Origin: Candidatus Fervidifonticultor quintus
GTDB lineage: Bacteria; Sysuimicrobiota; Sysuimicrobiia; Sysuimicrobiales; Humicultoraceae
DNA: 36,701 nucleotides
Direction of reading: 5' to 3'
Assembly: GCA_031459535.1 (NCBI GenBank)
Contig: JAVKIJ010000025.1
Coordinates: forward strand, 1-36,701
The position numbers and the translations under genes are program-made. Each line of letters opens with the position of its first letter. The stretch's first letter is position 1. Below, in pieces: positions 36,439 to 36,701 of this stretch. The notes under the pieces were generated by a model, which saw only the letters and a list, made by a program, of their open reading frames with translations, was not told where the DNA came from and did not search any database.

Positions 36439-36701
36439 ATGGAGAGAGCGACCAACACCATCCGCGTCCTGATCGTTGACGATCACGCGCTCGTGCGCGA
36501 GGGCATCAAGTCCCTGCTCCAGGGCATTCCGCAGATCGAGGTGGTGGGGGAGGCCGAGGACGGACTGGCGGCCATCGAGCAGGCCCGACTCCTTCGGCCC
36601 GACGTGGTGCTGATGGACATCGGGATGCCACGGATGACCGGCGTGGAGGCCACTCGGCACATCCGCCAGGAGGTGCCCACGGCCCAGGTGGTGGCGCTCA
36701 C
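36439..36701 (+). CDS. NarL/FixJ-family response regulator (3'-truncated by window edge)
   Basis: Not in the ORF track. ATG 36439 reads [27 protein letters not shown]...EVVGEAEDG...[22 protein letters not shown]; directly follows the HisKA_3 kinase. Confidence 0.92.
   Translation, partial: MERATNTIRVLIVDDHALVREGIKSLLQGIPQIEVVGEAEDGLAAIEQARLLRPDVVLMDIGMPRMTGVEATRHIRQEVPTAQVVAL

Noticed and set aside
1-36701. CRISPR arrays, tRNA/rRNA genes (including selC), transposases or integrases
   Set aside because: None seen; nearly all sequence is accounted for by contiguous CDSs and the short spacers show no such structure.

Overview
GC-rich bacterial window. Positions 1-2394 hold three c-type cytochrome genes: a partial membrane-anchored multiheme on +, and a pentaheme plus a monoheme/Ca-binding protein on -. 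A divergent, structured, GGA-rich ~340-bp intergenic region follows. From 2739 to the window end, tightly coupled + strand genes encode a complete Wood-Ljungdahl pathway. The carbonyl branch is cooC-acsA-acsB-acsC-acsV-acsF-DUF3786-acsD-acsE. The methyl branch is folC, metV, fhs, metF, fchA, folD and a selenocysteine formate dehydrogenase. The cluster also carries an HdrA(L)-MvhD-HdrCB module and a heme-c sensor kinase with a NarL-type regulator. The most unusual points are: (1) a 1717-aa HdrA/HdrL with an in-frame N-terminal cNMP/Crp-like domain plus a His-less HisKA-like helix pair; (2) an FDH complex whose NuoE is fused to an NADPH-type GltD-like flavoprotein while its NuoF lacks the C-terminal ferredoxin domain; (3) nine GGA motifs in ~115 nt upstream of the operon, resembling a CsrA/RsmA-binding RNA; (4) a UGA-Sec codon plus SECIS that the ORF track splits into two genes. 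All calls come from motif recognition by eye; no database searches were run.
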